Positions 17,531 to 27,112 of a stretch of DNA of 64,000 bases are shown piece by piece (positions within the stretch are counted from its first letter, which is position 1; the number at the start of each line of letters is the position of its first letter). A program made the position numbers and the translations under genes. The stretch is from the IMG/VR virus record IMGVR_UViG_3300048838_000238, positions 1 through 64,000 of that record; one strand, given 5' to 3'. Source of the DNA: a virus. Under the pieces are notes generated by a model. The model was not told the origin of the DNA. It saw only the letters and a program-made list of their open reading frames with translations, and searched no databases.

Positions 17531-18730
17531 TTATTTCATAACCACATTTGTCAGCAGCTTCCTGCCAGAATGAAATGCCCACGACTCGCCCCTCTTGCCG
17601 CCCGGCTTCAGCACCATATTGTCGATCCGTCCAAACTTCCTCACGAGGCCAACCATGTCGATCACCAGAGCCGACGGCTTGCGAGAATGCGTCCTGATGG
17701 CCCGGCCAACTTGTTGGTAGTAGACGGCCAATGACATAGTCGGTCGCGCCAGAATCACGCAATCGAGTTCCGGGTAGTCGAATCCGATCGAAAGCACTCC
17801 CACGTTTGCGACCGCCGGGATATCGCCAGCACGAAACCGACGAATGACATCGTCCCGTTCTAGCGGATTCGTTTCCGCAGCGACCACAGCCACGCCGGGC
17901 ACGTTATCCGCCAGAGACTTTGCTTCCTTGACGAATCGAGTGAAGATCAGCGGCTTGCGACCGCTCTGCATGGCAGACTTGGTTTCAGCAACTAGTCGTC
18001 CGAAAAAGTCTCTGCCCATCGACCGTTCGACAGAAGCGTCCGTGTAGTCGGCACCAGTCGAATTCGGCTTGAGCAAGCTCGTATCGATCGCCAGCGAATC
18101 CCGGTACTCCAGAGGGCAAAGATAGCCGTCAGCAAACAGGTCCGTGATTTGCGAGTAGTGAACCAGATCGCGGAAGATGCGAGGCCGCGTTCGCGTTAGA
18201 AACCTCAACTCGCTCCCGAATGAGTTGCTAGCCAGTCGAAACGGAGTCGCTGTCAATCCCAAGATGCGGCTGCCGGCCATCGCCGCAACGAAGTCGCGAT
18301 ACATGCCACCCTTCGGATTCACTAAGTGGCATTCGTCTATCAGGACGTACGGTATTCCCGAAAACTTTGCGACTGCCTTATGAACGCTTCCGATCGTGGC
18401 CAGCGTCACCGATCCGATTTGCTTGCTGCCAAAACTGGCTGAGTAGATTTTAGGACGGCATCCGTAGCTGGCCAACTTGGCGGCGTTCTGCTCTAAGATT
18501 TCCTTCGTCGGCTGAAAGACGAGCGTGTCGCCTGGCAAGCGATCCACGATGTTCGCGATCACAAGACTTTTGCCGCTTCCTGTCGGTGCAACAACGATAC
18601 CGTGCCTGTCACGTCGACCGTCGGCAAGGTAGTTCACCGATGACTCGACGGCATCCCTCTGATACGGACGTAGCGTGTACGTCTTGGCCTGCGAGCTGAT
18701 GTCGAACAGTTCTGCTTGCGATGTGGTCAT
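17531..18730 (-). CDS. SF2 DExH helicase (RadD/YejH-like)
   Basis: LRPYQ, APTGSGKS, DECH, GLTATP, LSIGFD, QQVGRAIR. Confidence 0.93.
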   Translation of the reverse strand: MTTSQAELFDISSQAKTYTLRPYQRDAVESSVNYLADGRRDRHGIVVAPTGSGKSLVIANIVDRLPGDTLVFQPTKEILEQNAAKLASYGCRPKIYSASFGSKQIGSVTLATIGSVHKAVAKFSGIPYVLIDECHLVNPKGGMYRDFVAAMAGSRILGLTATPFRLASNSFGSELRFLTRTRPRIFRDLVHYSQITDLFADGYLCPLEYRDSLAIDTSLLKPNSTGADYTDASVERSMGRDFFGRLVAETKSAMQSGRKPLIFTRFVKEAKSLADNVPGVAVVAAETNPLERDDVIRRFRAGDIPAVANVGVLSIGFDYPELDCVILARPTMSLAVYYQQVGRAIRTHSRKPSALVIDMVGLVRKFGRIDNMVLKPGGKRGESWAFHSGRKLLTNVVMK

Positions 18731-19011
18731 TCGGAAACAACCTCCAGGATTGTCAGTGGCCACGGCATCATGTATTTGTGAGCCTTGTCGATCCGCATGT
18801 TCGCGCACCGTTCGAACCTGAACGAACTGGGCCGCTCCCGGCTAAAGCAGAGCGCCAAGAAGCTCTCACCGGACTGGTTTACCCGGATCGGACTGGTGAC
18901 ACGACTAGTTACTACTCCCTCGCTATCGGTGTAGTCAAAGAGTAGCACGACGTCGGTGTCGTTCTGAGTGCGCCGGACCATGCCGTGCATATTGCGGAGT
19001 TCAGGTTGCAT
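18727..19011 (-). CDS. Stand-alone WYL-domain protein
   Basis: FDYTDSEG.VTSRVTSP...FLALCFSR...SFRFERC. Confidence 0.7.
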   Translation of the reverse strand: MQPELRNMHGMVRRTQNDTDVVLLFDYTDSEGVVTSRVTSPIRVNQSGESFLALCFSRERPSSFRFERCANMRIDKAHKYMMPWPLTILEVVSE

Positions 19012-19525
19012 CTGGTGTTCCTTTCGGGCTGATTGGTCCGTAGAGCCTCAGTACGTTTCCGACTGCTCGAAGATCGGCAGTAGTAAATCCCTCGTGAAGT
19101 TCGACTAGGTTAAATAACGTGTGAGAAGCGGATATCATCACCTCGCATATCCAGAGTCCAGGTCCGCTCGGTCGGTCCATCCACTTCGGCGCGGCTTCAA
19201 CAAGAGAGTTAAGACGCATCAGTTCCGACTTAACCTCAATGGCATCGTCAGTAAACTCAGGAAGAAAGTCGGCGCTCACCATTAGGTCTAACTTGTGGAT
19301 TGCGCTCTTTGTGAGTTCGTGCATCGCGTTTAACCTTTCGGGGCTTGGGATCTCGCCTCTCAGGTGCTTGGCGACGATCTCTTTCACGTCGCTCAGATTC
19401 AGCCCCCCGACAGATCCTCTGTCATCGCACAGAAGGACACTGGAGACGGGACCAATTCCGTCTACTGTCGTGAAGATGGCGGCGGCAATCGCTTCTGCCG
19501 CCACGGCGATTTCTTCCTCGTTCAT
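19001..19525 (-). CDS. Hypothetical protein
   Basis: 174-aa ORF with GGAG RBS. Confidence 0.55.
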   Translation of the reverse strand: MNEEEIAVAAEAIAAAIFTTVDGIGPVSSVLLCDDRGSVGGLNLSDVKEIVAKHLRGEIPSPERLNAMHELTKSAIHKLDLMVSADFLPEFTDDAIEVKSELMRLNSLVEAAPKWMDRPSGPGLWICEVMISASHTLFNLVELHEGFTTADLRAVGNVLRLYGPISPKGTPDAT

Positions 19526-19651
19526 CTCGCTACTCCAGTGTCAGCGCGGCGTAAACGACTACCGCCACTGCCAATAAGACGGTTACAACGCTAAGCACGA
19601 TCAAGATTACGGTCACGGGTGACTCCTTTCGAGGTTCTTTGTTCCTGCCAG

Positions 19652-20074
19652 TTATTCGCCGCGACCTGGCGTATATCGGAACGATATAGTCTCAGTCCGA
19701 AAGAATTCCACAATGTGCCGCAGCACTTCCATTTCGTCAATGGAGTCGGCCGCGCGGCCGCGCAAGGTATTCAGCAAGACGCGGTCGTAATGCTCAAAAT
19801 CCACGAGCGCCTTGAGCGCGTACTGCCTGGCTAGAGGCCAGATCGCGTAGTCTCCGAATTCATCGTGATGGGCGCGGCACGGAAATAGCCAAGCAGCGCG
19901 TTCTTGATAAGCGGCTTCACGGATTCCGCTGCCACGGGTTATCTCGTGGATGTCGCTACCGCGAGATTTGCACCTCGGGACCGGGCAGCGAAAGAGCATG
20001 TCCGCGCGAAAGGTCTCTCTGGCGTCTTCCATCTGGCGGACTACCTTCCGGCGCTTAGTGCTTTGGTGCCGCAT
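19652..20074 (-). CDS. HNH-like zinc-binding protein
   Basis: CPVPRC...DIHEITRG...FPCRAHH. Confidence 0.55.
   Translation of the reverse strand: MRHQSTKRRKVVRQMEDARETFRADMLFRCPVPRCKSRGSDIHEITRGSGIREAAYQERAAWLFPCRAHHDEFGDYAIWPLARQYALKALVDFEHYDRVLLNTLRGRAADSIDEMEVLRHIVEFFRTETISFRYTPGRGE
19653..19689 (-). promoter_or_regulatory. Promoter (19653-19679) with operator over the -35 (19671-19689)
   Basis: CCGA-N15-GGCGAATA; gtatatc-ggaac-gatatag. Confidence 0.7.
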
Positions 20075-20441
20075 CGGATACCGCTCCCTTCTGCGCGTCG
20101 TACTGACGGATGCCCCACACGAGAGCGTGGCAGCACCAGAGGAAGCGGAATGTGTATTCGCGAAGCCGGTGCTCGCTGATGTCGATTTGAAAACCGTCGT
20201 GCTCGAATTCGTAGAGACGACTGCGAAAGGCGTCCTCACCATGCTCAGCGTAAAATTCCAAGTCTTCGTCATCAACAGCTTGCCGAACCGAGTCCGATGC
20301 CTCGCAGTCGTCTAGGTAGTCCCGCAGAACTTGCCGGGCGATATCTAGCGAATACTCTTCGATGCCGCTTCTATCGGATGCCTGGCACTTCTGCGCCCAA
20401 TAACTTTCATCGAACGCGATCGGTCGCCCTAGGCATGTCAT
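20055..20441 (-). CDS. Conserved phage hypothetical protein
   Basis: YWAQKCQA...YTFRFLWCCHALVWGIRQYD. Confidence 0.65.
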   Translation of the reverse strand: MTCLGRPIAFDESYWAQKCQASDRSGIEEYSLDIARQVLRDYLDDCEASDSVRQAVDDEDLEFYAEHGEDAFRSRLYEFEHDGFQIDISEHRLREYTFRFLWCCHALVWGIRQYDAQKGAVSDAAPKH

Positions 20442-20445
20442 GGAT

Positions 20446-20736
20446 TCAGTCCTTTGTCTCGAATAGCGATGCTTGGGATTCCGTCCTGTCGGCGGCGCTC
20501 GCCTCTTTGGCCTTTTGCTTCTGCCGCTTCAGCACCCACTTAACGACGTCCTCTCGGATCAGCGAGTCGTCCGATGGGTTGTAGACGAAGTGTTTGCCTT
20601 GCACTTTACAGCCGCCGTAATGACGCGCTATCGACAGTTGCGTCCGGCTGACTTGTGCATAGGCGACGCTTTCATCCGCGCCGAACTCGGCCTTCAATTC
20701 GTCCTGGAACTCTTTCAGCGTTTCGATCGTTACCAC
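20446..20736 (-). CDS. Hypothetical protein
   Basis: VSRTQLSIARHYGG...YNPSDDSLIREDV. Confidence 0.6.
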   Translation of the reverse strand: MVTIETLKEFQDELKAEFGADESVAYAQVSRTQLSIARHYGGCKVQGKHFVYNPSDDSLIREDVVKWVLKRQKQKAKEASAADRTESQASLFETKD

Positions 20737-20756
20737 GCGGTTATTGCCTTCCGTGT

Positions 20757-20960
20757 TCAGGGCTTCAATAGGGCGCGAACAGCACGGACGAGGTCGTGCT
20801 CCATGCCTCGGGGAGCCAGCCGATCGACAATCCGGATCAGCAGTTCCCGGTGTTCGCGCAGAGACGCGATCAGGATCTCTTTCTCTTCCAGAAGATCGGC
20901 GATTGACATTAACTGTTCGCCGGCAGCGCGGACTTCCTTGCTATCGCGTTCTTCATCCAT
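20757..20960 (-). CDS. Hypothetical helical protein
   Basis: MDEERDS... portion of ORF 20757..21059. Confidence 0.45.
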   Translation of the reverse strand: MDEERDSKEVRAAGEQLMSIADLLEEKEILIASLREHRELLIRIVDRLAPRGMEHDLVRAVRALLKP

Positions 20961-21004
20961 GTTTTCGATTTCCGTTTTCTGGCGGTGGGGGGGAAAGGAG
21001 GGTG

Positions 21005-22120
21005 TTAAATGCGGGGTGCTGATTCGGGCAGAATTCTCACTCGAAGGTCTTCCGGCCATTCGGACATATCGCCACCTTTTTTATCGCGCAGATTCAGCTT
21101 ACGGTGGCAGCCGTAGCCTTCCTCGGCGTTCGATCCGAGTTGCTTGACGAACACTGGCACCGACTCGGATTCGCACTGCATAACGATGTCGCTTATCCAT
21201 GTCGCACGGCATGGCCTCGCATTGTGTCCGCTCTCACCGCCGACGATCACCCAGTCGATAGCTCGACCGCCACGCTCGCCATCGCATCCGCACTCTGAGA
21301 TTGTTCCGTTGCAACATGGCGATGTGAGGTATTCGTCTAGATCAACTGGCCCCAATAACGGTTCGCAACTCAAGAACAACACCGGTGCCAGATCGCGGCA
21401 CTCGACCAACACGTTGATGCGTTTTTTGGCCTGCTCTTGGTTCTCGACCGAAGTCCCGAGCATGACGTTAGAACGATACCAATAGCCGCCACACTCACGA
21501 TTAAGCTCAAGATTTGCAGGCTGGCATCGCGCCCGACAATACCAACCCTCTTCATTCGGTAAGTATTCAAGCTCCGAACTACATGAACAGCACTTGCGTC
21601 CTTCCGGCAATCGCCTAGGAGTCATCCGCCGGATATTCTCCGGCCGCTTCGTCAGCAGCATGAAGATCAAGTTCTGACATTCGTCGAACAACGAGAACGC
21701 TTCCTCGCGAAGATCATTAATTGTCAGCCACCGCAGTTCGTCGTCGCACTTCGTGCATTTACAGGAAACGAGCAACGCTTGCGGCACACATCGCAATCCA
21801 CAAGCGTTCTGGCACGTCGCAACTCTTTCTCCGTTGTGATCCACGATCGGACCGTCAAACTCTTCAAAGAAGTCAGCTAAGTCGTTCACGAACACGGTAT
21901 CGACCCGCCCAGCAGCCTTGGCCTTTTTGTTCAGCTTGCGAATTAACGCTGGTCCGCCCTTGGTCCACTTACGAGGCTTGAGTTTGCCCCACACGTCGTT
22001 GCCGACACGCTTCTCAAATGACTCTGCGTAGCAGTGGGCGCAGCCGGCGCTGATCTTGGTACAGCCTTCCCAAAAGGACGCGGTGTGATCGGCCCACTGA
22101 ATCTTCGTATTCTCACCCAT
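21005..22120 (-). CDS. Gp37/Gp68 (DUF5131) family protein
   Basis: MGENTKIQWADHT, GCTKISAGCAHCYA, LLTKRPEN, GTSVENQ, FLSCEPLLG, DWVIVGGESG, VFVKQLG. Confidence 0.93.
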   Translation of the reverse strand: MGENTKIQWADHTASFWEGCTKISAGCAHCYAESFEKRVGNDVWGKLKPRKWTKGGPALIRKLNKKAKAAGRVDTVFVNDLADFFEEFDGPIVDHNGERVATCQNACGLRCVPQALLVSCKCTKCDDELRWLTINDLREEAFSLFDECQNLIFMLLTKRPENIRRMTPRRLPEGRKCCSCSSELEYLPNEEGWYCRARCQPANLELNRECGGYWYRSNVMLGTSVENQEQAKKRINVLVECRDLAPVLFLSCEPLLGPVDLDEYLTSPCCNGTISECGCDGERGGRAIDWVIVGGESGHNARPCRATWISDIVMQCESESVPVFVKQLGSNAEEGYGCHRKLNLRDKKGGDMSEWPEDLRVRILPESAPRI

Positions 22121-22124
22121 GACG

Positions 22125-23009
22125 TTACTTGCCTTTCGCTTTCTTGCGACGTTCGCGCTGTCCTGCTGGTGAGTACCAGTATGCAGGCGTGTTTCCGGCA
22201 CCTTCAAAGTACTCAACAGAGTCGGCTGCTAGTTTCTTCAGCGACTCCGGTGTGCCGTCCCGACCGAAGATGTTGAACGTCACGTCGCGCACATAAGTCG
22301 GTTTGAGTAGGTCTAGCAATGTCGCGCGGATCGCGACCTTCACTTTTTTTTGGAACTTCGTTTCACGCCATGCGATTTCGCGCTTGTTCATTTTCGGCAG
22401 TCGCACCTCGGGATGATGCTCTTTGATGAGTTCGCTGAGCCACCACATCATCTCCCACTGATTCTTGCGGCCGATGGCATTCCCTCGCTGGTCGATCTTG
22501 CGGCCGTCGGCGAGTTTCCAAGCGCCCCACACCATACCGTCTTCTGGATCGCCGGCCGCGTAGACGAGCGTATCCTCGTCACCTTCGACTTTGCCCTGTC
22601 CGAGTTGGTACAGATAGCGGCCCTTAGTGTTCCACCAGTTGGTGATTGCTTTACTTTTCCGCGCGATGTACGACTCTCGTCCAGGATCGGCGCTGAGTTG
22701 CTTCAAGACGTCCTTGGTACACCGAACGGCAAAGTGCAGATTTGACCCGCCCATGTAAGGCGTCACACACAGATAGAACCCCTTGATGGGAGTCGTCAGA
22801 TTCCAACTCATCAGATTCTTGTACGGATCGCTACCAGCGTTCGGCCATCCGAAGCGGCGAAGCATGTAGCAGCACAGCCACGGCCCTGGAATCTCGGTTC
22901 CGAATATCTCGTCGGCGATACCGCCCGGGTCGATCGTGCCGTTAGACGCGAACCCACTAAGTCGATCGCCTTGATCGTCGAGATACGTCTTAAATACTTT
23001 CCTTGGCAT
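22125..23009 (-). CDS. Hypothetical protein
   Basis: 294-aa ORF; YMLRRFGWPNAGSDPYK motif; GGAG RBS. Confidence 0.65.
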   Translation of the reverse strand: MPRKVFKTYLDDQGDRLSGFASNGTIDPGGIADEIFGTEIPGPWLCCYMLRRFGWPNAGSDPYKNLMSWNLTTPIKGFYLCVTPYMGGSNLHFAVRCTKDVLKQLSADPGRESYIARKSKAITNWWNTKGRYLYQLGQGKVEGDEDTLVYAAGDPEDGMVWGAWKLADGRKIDQRGNAIGRKNQWEMMWWLSELIKEHHPEVRLPKMNKREIAWRETKFQKKVKVAIRATLLDLLKPTYVRDVTFNIFGRDGTPESLKKLAADSVEYFEGAGNTPAYWYSPAGQRERRKKAKGK

Positions 23010-23244
23010 CGATTAATCTCCAGTTCCTAGTTCGCGTTCACAGTCTTCGCATCGCGGCCGCGTTGGCGGCACGAGGCAGCCGCAATCGCAACTCGATAAT
23101 CCAGATTCGTCGCCTACCGATACGTGAGTTTGTTCTCGCTCCATCCGTGTCACCTCAGTTCGTAGAAGGTTAAACCGGTCTTAAAGTCCGCCGCGACTAA
23201 TCCGCTGGCGTCCGCGCCCGACTCGACGAATAAAGATCGCTGGG

Positions 23245-23490
23245 TCATTTCTTGAATCCTTTCCCGAAGATCGAATCAAACGCATCCATGATGAAGGCAG
23301 GAGGTTTTGTCGGTGTCTCGTTCATGGAGTTGCGCAGATCATCGAGTTCCGACTGAGCGCCCTCTAAGAACGCTTTACTGACTTGCCTTTTGAACGACGC
23401 CACTGAGAGCGTCATCTCGGATGATTCGCTGATGAGCGCCGGATTGCTACGACATAGGCGTTGCCAGTATTGCTCGAATTCTGCGCTCAT
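23245..23490 (-). CDS. Hypothetical protein
   Basis: 81-aa ORF on the coding strand. Confidence 0.5.
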   Translation of the reverse strand: MSAEFEQYWQRLCRSNPALISESSEMTLSVASFKRQVSKAFLEGAQSELDDLRNSMNETPTKPPAFIMDAFDSIFGKGFKK

Positions 23491-23539
23491 GTGAATAACA
23501 CTCGTTGCCTGTTAGTGATCCAGACTTCCGAACCCCCGG

Positions 23540-23914
23540 CTAGAATTCTGTGCATACCCATCCGCCGCCGTCCTTTTTTGTCTGGCGCTTTTCTTGTCGG
23601 AACTTGAACATCCAAAACTTTTCAGCCGCGACCTTGATCTTCACGATACTCTTGTCGTCGATCGGCCCAGCACCTTTGACGTCTATAAATTCCATCGTTC
23701 CGTCAGGGAGCATAACGCCAAAGTCTGGCGTGAACGTGCAACGATCGCCGGTAAGTCGAAACGCGATCGGCTCAAACATCCACTCGACTATCTCGCCGGC
23801 CAGCTTGCGATCCTGAAGGATCTCCGCGTAGGCCGCTTCCGTGACATTCATTTCTCCTGGCTTATGTCGCTTGCCGTACTTCGAGCTATCCCGTCGGAAT
23901 GTGAATCGAGCCAT
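23540..23914 (-). CDS. PD-(D/E)xK endonuclease (DUF1064-like)
   Basis: MNVTEAAY...FTPDF...EFIDVKG. Confidence 0.8.
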   Translation of the reverse strand: MARFTFRRDSSKYGKRHKPGEMNVTEAAYAEILQDRKLAGEIVEWMFEPIAFRLTGDRCTFTPDFGVMLPDGTMEFIDVKGAGPIDDKSIVKIKVAAEKFWMFKFRQEKRQTKKDGGGWVCTEF

Positions 23915-23939
23915 GTTTTCCTTTACGCCTCCGTGCTGT

Positions 23940-23987
23940 CTATATCCTTACGATATAGGTCATTCGCCGCAAGACGGTGAATCTTGC
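23940..23987 (-). promoter_or_regulatory. Promoter (23961-23987) plus perfect operator (23940-23958)
   Basis: GCAA-N15-GGCGAATG; ctatatc-cttac-gatatag. Confidence 0.8.
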
Positions 23988-24556
23988 TGTTCGGCGGAAT
24001 TCTTTTTGATTTGCTCGACGAGCCGCTCAAAATCCTCGTCATGCAGTCCGTCCCAGTCGTAAGTCAGCGAGCCGTGGCGAGCGAAGAACGTCGTCAAAAC
24101 AGCGATCCTTCCGACAACGTGCAAGCACGGCACGACAAAGCAGCACAGCTTAGTTCGCTCGCACACAAACAGCGTTACTTTCCGGCCTCTATTGCACCAC
24201 TTCGCGTTCTTCAGCCACAACTTGTACTCGTCAAGAACCTTTGGATCGTGGTCGCTTCGGCGGCCACGCATCACCGCGCGCTTGATCCTACCGGCCACTT
24301 CTTCGCGGCTCTTTACTGAGTCCCGAGTCCGAAACAAATACTGGTCGATCGCGTGATCTGGTACGGTGATCAGATCCCATTCCGGCAAGATGCCGCTGAC
24401 GTCGAAAGGTGTCTGCGGATGCTCGCTGTCTGGGTGCTGCTGATGAATCGGTTGCTGTTGGCTCCGGTAGGCCATGCGGTCCAGGCGTTCCGCGCGGATG
24501 TTGCGGCCCTTCCGTTGGCGCTTTGAATTGGTGTTCCGTCGCATGGCTGGGCTCAC
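23960..24556 (-). CDS. Hypothetical protein
   Basis: PDHAIDQYLFR...VLTTF. Confidence 0.55.
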   Translation of the reverse strand: MSPAMRRNTNSKRQRKGRNIRAERLDRMAYRSQQQPIHQQHPDSEHPQTPFDVSGILPEWDLITVPDHAIDQYLFRTRDSVKSREEVAGRIKRAVMRGRRSDHDPKVLDEYKLWLKNAKWCNRGRKVTLFVCERTKLCCFVVPCLHVVGRIAVLTTFFARHGSLTYDWDGLHDEDFERLVEQIKKNSAEQQDSPSCGE

Positions 24557-25215
24557 TTTCCGTCGGCGGATGGGTTCTTCAATTCCAATTGCGGCACATT
24601 ATCCCTGTGGCCGACTCTCTGATGCGGTAACGCCAGCGGCGGCAAGCCGGTTTTCACCTTCTTCGCGCCGCCAAGATCAATCAGCTTTGTCGTTCCGTCT
24701 CCGTAGCGGACTTCATGGACCCCGACGTCCGATAGTCCGACCAGCGGACGACAGGCATCGCCGTTCACGCCGACTCGCATGAACGCCTGGTAGGTCTTGA
24801 TAAAATCTTGTTTTGCCCACTTGTCGAACTCTTCCTCGGTTTTACTCAGGAGCGCGACCCAGCCGCCCAGGTTCCGAATCGTGGCGTTAATTAGGCCGTC
24901 GTCAAAGTCGACGTGGTGATACGAGTTGTGTCCGGACGCGATCGCGTCACAGACGGCTTGCCAAGCGGCTACGGCGCGATCCTCGGGAGCCATTTCGCCG
25001 CAGAGTCGGCGAATCTCGACCGGCTTCGGCATGAATGTGAGGGTGTTAATCGCTCTCGTCGTCGCCTGCTCGATCGCCGTGACAGGAATATCCTGCAAGC
25101 CGAGTTGGTAGGCATTCAGCAGGGCGTCAGTCGGCTTCCTGTCGAACGTCTCGGCCAGCGCCAAGATGCACAGGTCGACAGAGTCCTGTTCAGTTTGCGG
25201 TCTGTTGATTTGCAC
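24553..25215 (-). CDS. Replication-associated protein (DUF6475-like, helicase-loader position)
   Basis: FMPKPVEIR...AW..V..AI...Y..VDFDD..INATIRNLGGW; directly downstream of the initiator. Confidence 0.7.
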   Translation of the reverse strand: MQINRPQTEQDSVDLCILALAETFDRKPTDALLNAYQLGLQDIPVTAIEQATTRAINTLTFMPKPVEIRRLCGEMAPEDRAVAAWQAVCDAIASGHNSYHHVDFDDGLINATIRNLGGWVALLSKTEEEFDKWAKQDFIKTYQAFMRVGVNGDACRPLVGLSDVGVHEVRYGDGTTKLIDLGGAKKVKTGLPPLALPHQRVGHRDNVPQLELKNPSADGK

Positions 25216-26122
25216 GATCGCGTCTCCGCTGTTCGAGTAATGCGTACGATCCACGAGGATCGGAAACGGGCTTCTGCGGTGGCTTGTGGAAGTTCTCGAT
25301 GAATCGCGCCACATGGCCCGACGTTCTCATGATCAACTCAAGAGTCTGGTAAACCGTGCCGCTTTCGTTCTCCCCGCAGTTGTGCGGTGTTACGTGGCAA
25401 CCGTCGATGGCATGTCGAAGGTCGTCGACCGAATATCCTTCCAGGAACCGATCTCGGATTTTGTTTCGCTCTTTGTCTCCAGGCTTGCTCTTGACGTGGT
25501 ACGTCTGGTAATGGGCCATGACGGCGCTGATCGCTTTCTGAATTTCCACCTTCGACAGCGTCTTGCCGTTCGCCGAATCAAGCTGTTCGCCGCTTCGGCA
25601 CGGAGTTCCGTTCTGTTCCGTTCCGTTCCCTTCCCTTCTATTCCCTTCTATTCCGTTCCCTTCCCTTCCATAGTCACTTACCTGCGGGATGGCCGCAGGA
25701 AGGTGCGGGATTGCCGCAGACTCTCCGCAGGTAGATGCAACGGCTTGTCCTGGTTGATCTTGCGAGATTTCCAGTTCCAGCCACTTGATATCCAGAAGTC
25801 TCCCGATTGCCACCGCGACGATAGCGGCAGGCAGCCTTGTGATCCGGCTTATAGACTGTGCGCAGTGTGGTGCGCCGCAGCTCCGCAGTAGGGTGCCGCG
25901 AGGCTCGCACTTAGATGCGACCTGCACGATAGCCACCCACGCACCTAAGTGCGCCGCGCCGTCGGGATGGTCCACAAGCTCGGTGTAGCCGTCGCCGTCG
26001 TGCTTGTTCGGGAACGGCACCCAGGACATTTGTTTCATATCGCGAGTCCTGTTGTTCTCAAAATGCGTATCCCAGCCAGCAATGCGAAGCACGCCTTCCA
26101 TGACCCAGACTCCGTTATCCAC
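25190..26122 (-). CDS. Phage replication initiator protein
   Basis: N-terminal RIAGWDTHFEN winged-helix region, REGNG linker, C-terminal YSVDDLRHAIDG...LELIMR. Confidence 0.75.
   Translation of the reverse strand: MDNGVWVMEGVLRIAGWDTHFENNRTRDMKQMSWVPFPNKHDGDGYTELVDHPDGAAHLGAWVAIVQVASKCEPRGTLLRSCGAPHCAQSISRITRLPAAIVAVAIGRLLDIKWLELEISQDQPGQAVASTCGESAAIPHLPAAIPQVSDYGREGNGIEGNRREGNGTEQNGTPCRSGEQLDSANGKTLSKVEIQKAISAVMAHYQTYHVKSKPGDKERNKIRDRFLEGYSVDDLRHAIDGCHVTPHNCGENESGTVYQTLELIMRTSGHVARFIENFHKPPQKPVSDPRGSYALLEQRRRDRANQQTAN
25606..25730. repeat. Pentamer repeats plus 21-bp-phased palindromic repeats in the initiator gene; putative origin
   Basis: (g/c)ttcc-type pentamers about 25606-25669; tgcgggat(g/t)gccgcag at 25683 and 25704. 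Confidence 0.55.
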
Positions 26123-26201
26123 GACGTCTCGCGACGCCTAATCCGTTCGGTGCCGTAATTCCCTGCCGCAGACGATCCGCGACTGATAGGTACAACTCCG
26201 T

Positions 26202-26690
26202 CTAATCCCAAACTCCAGCCGCATTCCCCATCGCGAACGCCAGCAGCCTTTCAGCGGCGTGCTGACTCATGGCGTCGCCAAGGACGTGCAATTCTGAAAA
26301 TCCCAATTCGTTCCGGCGCTTCAGTAGTTGGATCTTCTCGGCGCTGCCGGGCTCGAAAGACGTCGGCAGCGATTCCGCCAGAGTTTCTCCCGAGTCGCTG
26401 AGCCTCTGAACTCTCCTGCGAAGCGCCATGCTGCGATTCAATTGTCGGTAGTAGTCCCGGCACAACTCGCATCGCTTGATCGATTGGTCTTCGCGCAGCT
26501 CGCCACAACGGACGCACCGCTTCCTAGCGTCCCTAGACGCCGCCTGCCGGAGTTTGTAGTTCTGCTTTTGCTTCCGGCACGGCTTGCACATCTTGAACCC
26601 GGTTGGCGCTTCCTTCGCGCGACACCGCGTACACTTCGTCACGGGCACCTCCATGCACTCACGCATCAATCGTTGCTGTTGCGCGGCCAA
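26202..26690 (-). CDS. Zinc-finger protein
   Basis: Four CxxC pairs; C-terminal PGSAEKIQLLKRR. Confidence 0.6.
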   Translation of the reverse strand: MAAQQQRLMRECMEVPVTKCTRCRAKEAPTGFKMCKPCRKQKQNYKLRQAASRDARKRCVRCGELREDQSIKRCELCRDYYRQLNRSMALRRRVQRLSDSGETLAESLPTSFEPGSAEKIQLLKRRNELGFSELHVLGDAMSQHAAERLLAFAMGNAAGVWD

Positions 26691-26692
26691 TA

Positions 26693-26725
26693 AACGACGG
26701 TCCTGTCGTACGATAGGACCGTCGT
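26693..26725 (-). terminator. Hairpin, possible terminator
   Basis: acgacggtcct-gtcgtacgat-aggaccgtcgt. Confidence 0.5.
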
Positions 26726-26788
26726 ATTAGCCGCTGTTTCGTCACATGGATTTGTCTCCTTTGAAGAGATACTTCCGAGTTGCTTTCG

Positions 26789-26977
26789 TCACTCCCAACC
26801 GCTATTGCAGTCCTCGCAGACGAGAATCAACCCGCGAGTTGGTGAGTGATCTTGGGTTAGCTTGTCGCGATCCATCCACCGACCGCAGTGTTCGCACTTG
26901 CATTCCACCGCGTCGCCGTCGATGTCACTCGGTAGTCTTCCGCGACTTGCGAGCGGTCTGTCTGGTATTTGTCGCAC
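26789..26977 (-). CDS. Small zinc-ribbon protein
   Basis: CEHC...CEDC; GAGGA RBS. Confidence 0.45.
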   Translation of the reverse strand: MRQIPDRPLASRGRLPSDIDGDAVECKCEHCGRWMDRDKLTQDHSPTRGLILVCEDCNSGWE

Positions 26978-27112
26978 TTCGTTCCTCCAGTTTTCTGAGT
27001 TCTTCGTCGATCAAAAACGCGATGTACTTGTGCGCCAGTCGGAGGCGGCACAGTCGCTTCCGACCGCACGCCTTTCCGCACTGGCTACACAAGTCCGATG
27101 TCCCGGTGTCGC

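Noticed and set aside
21057-21083. Possible extra promoter TAAA-N15-TCCGAATG
   Set aside because: The -10 match is poor, there is no operator, and it lies inside a CDS; not counted among the 16.
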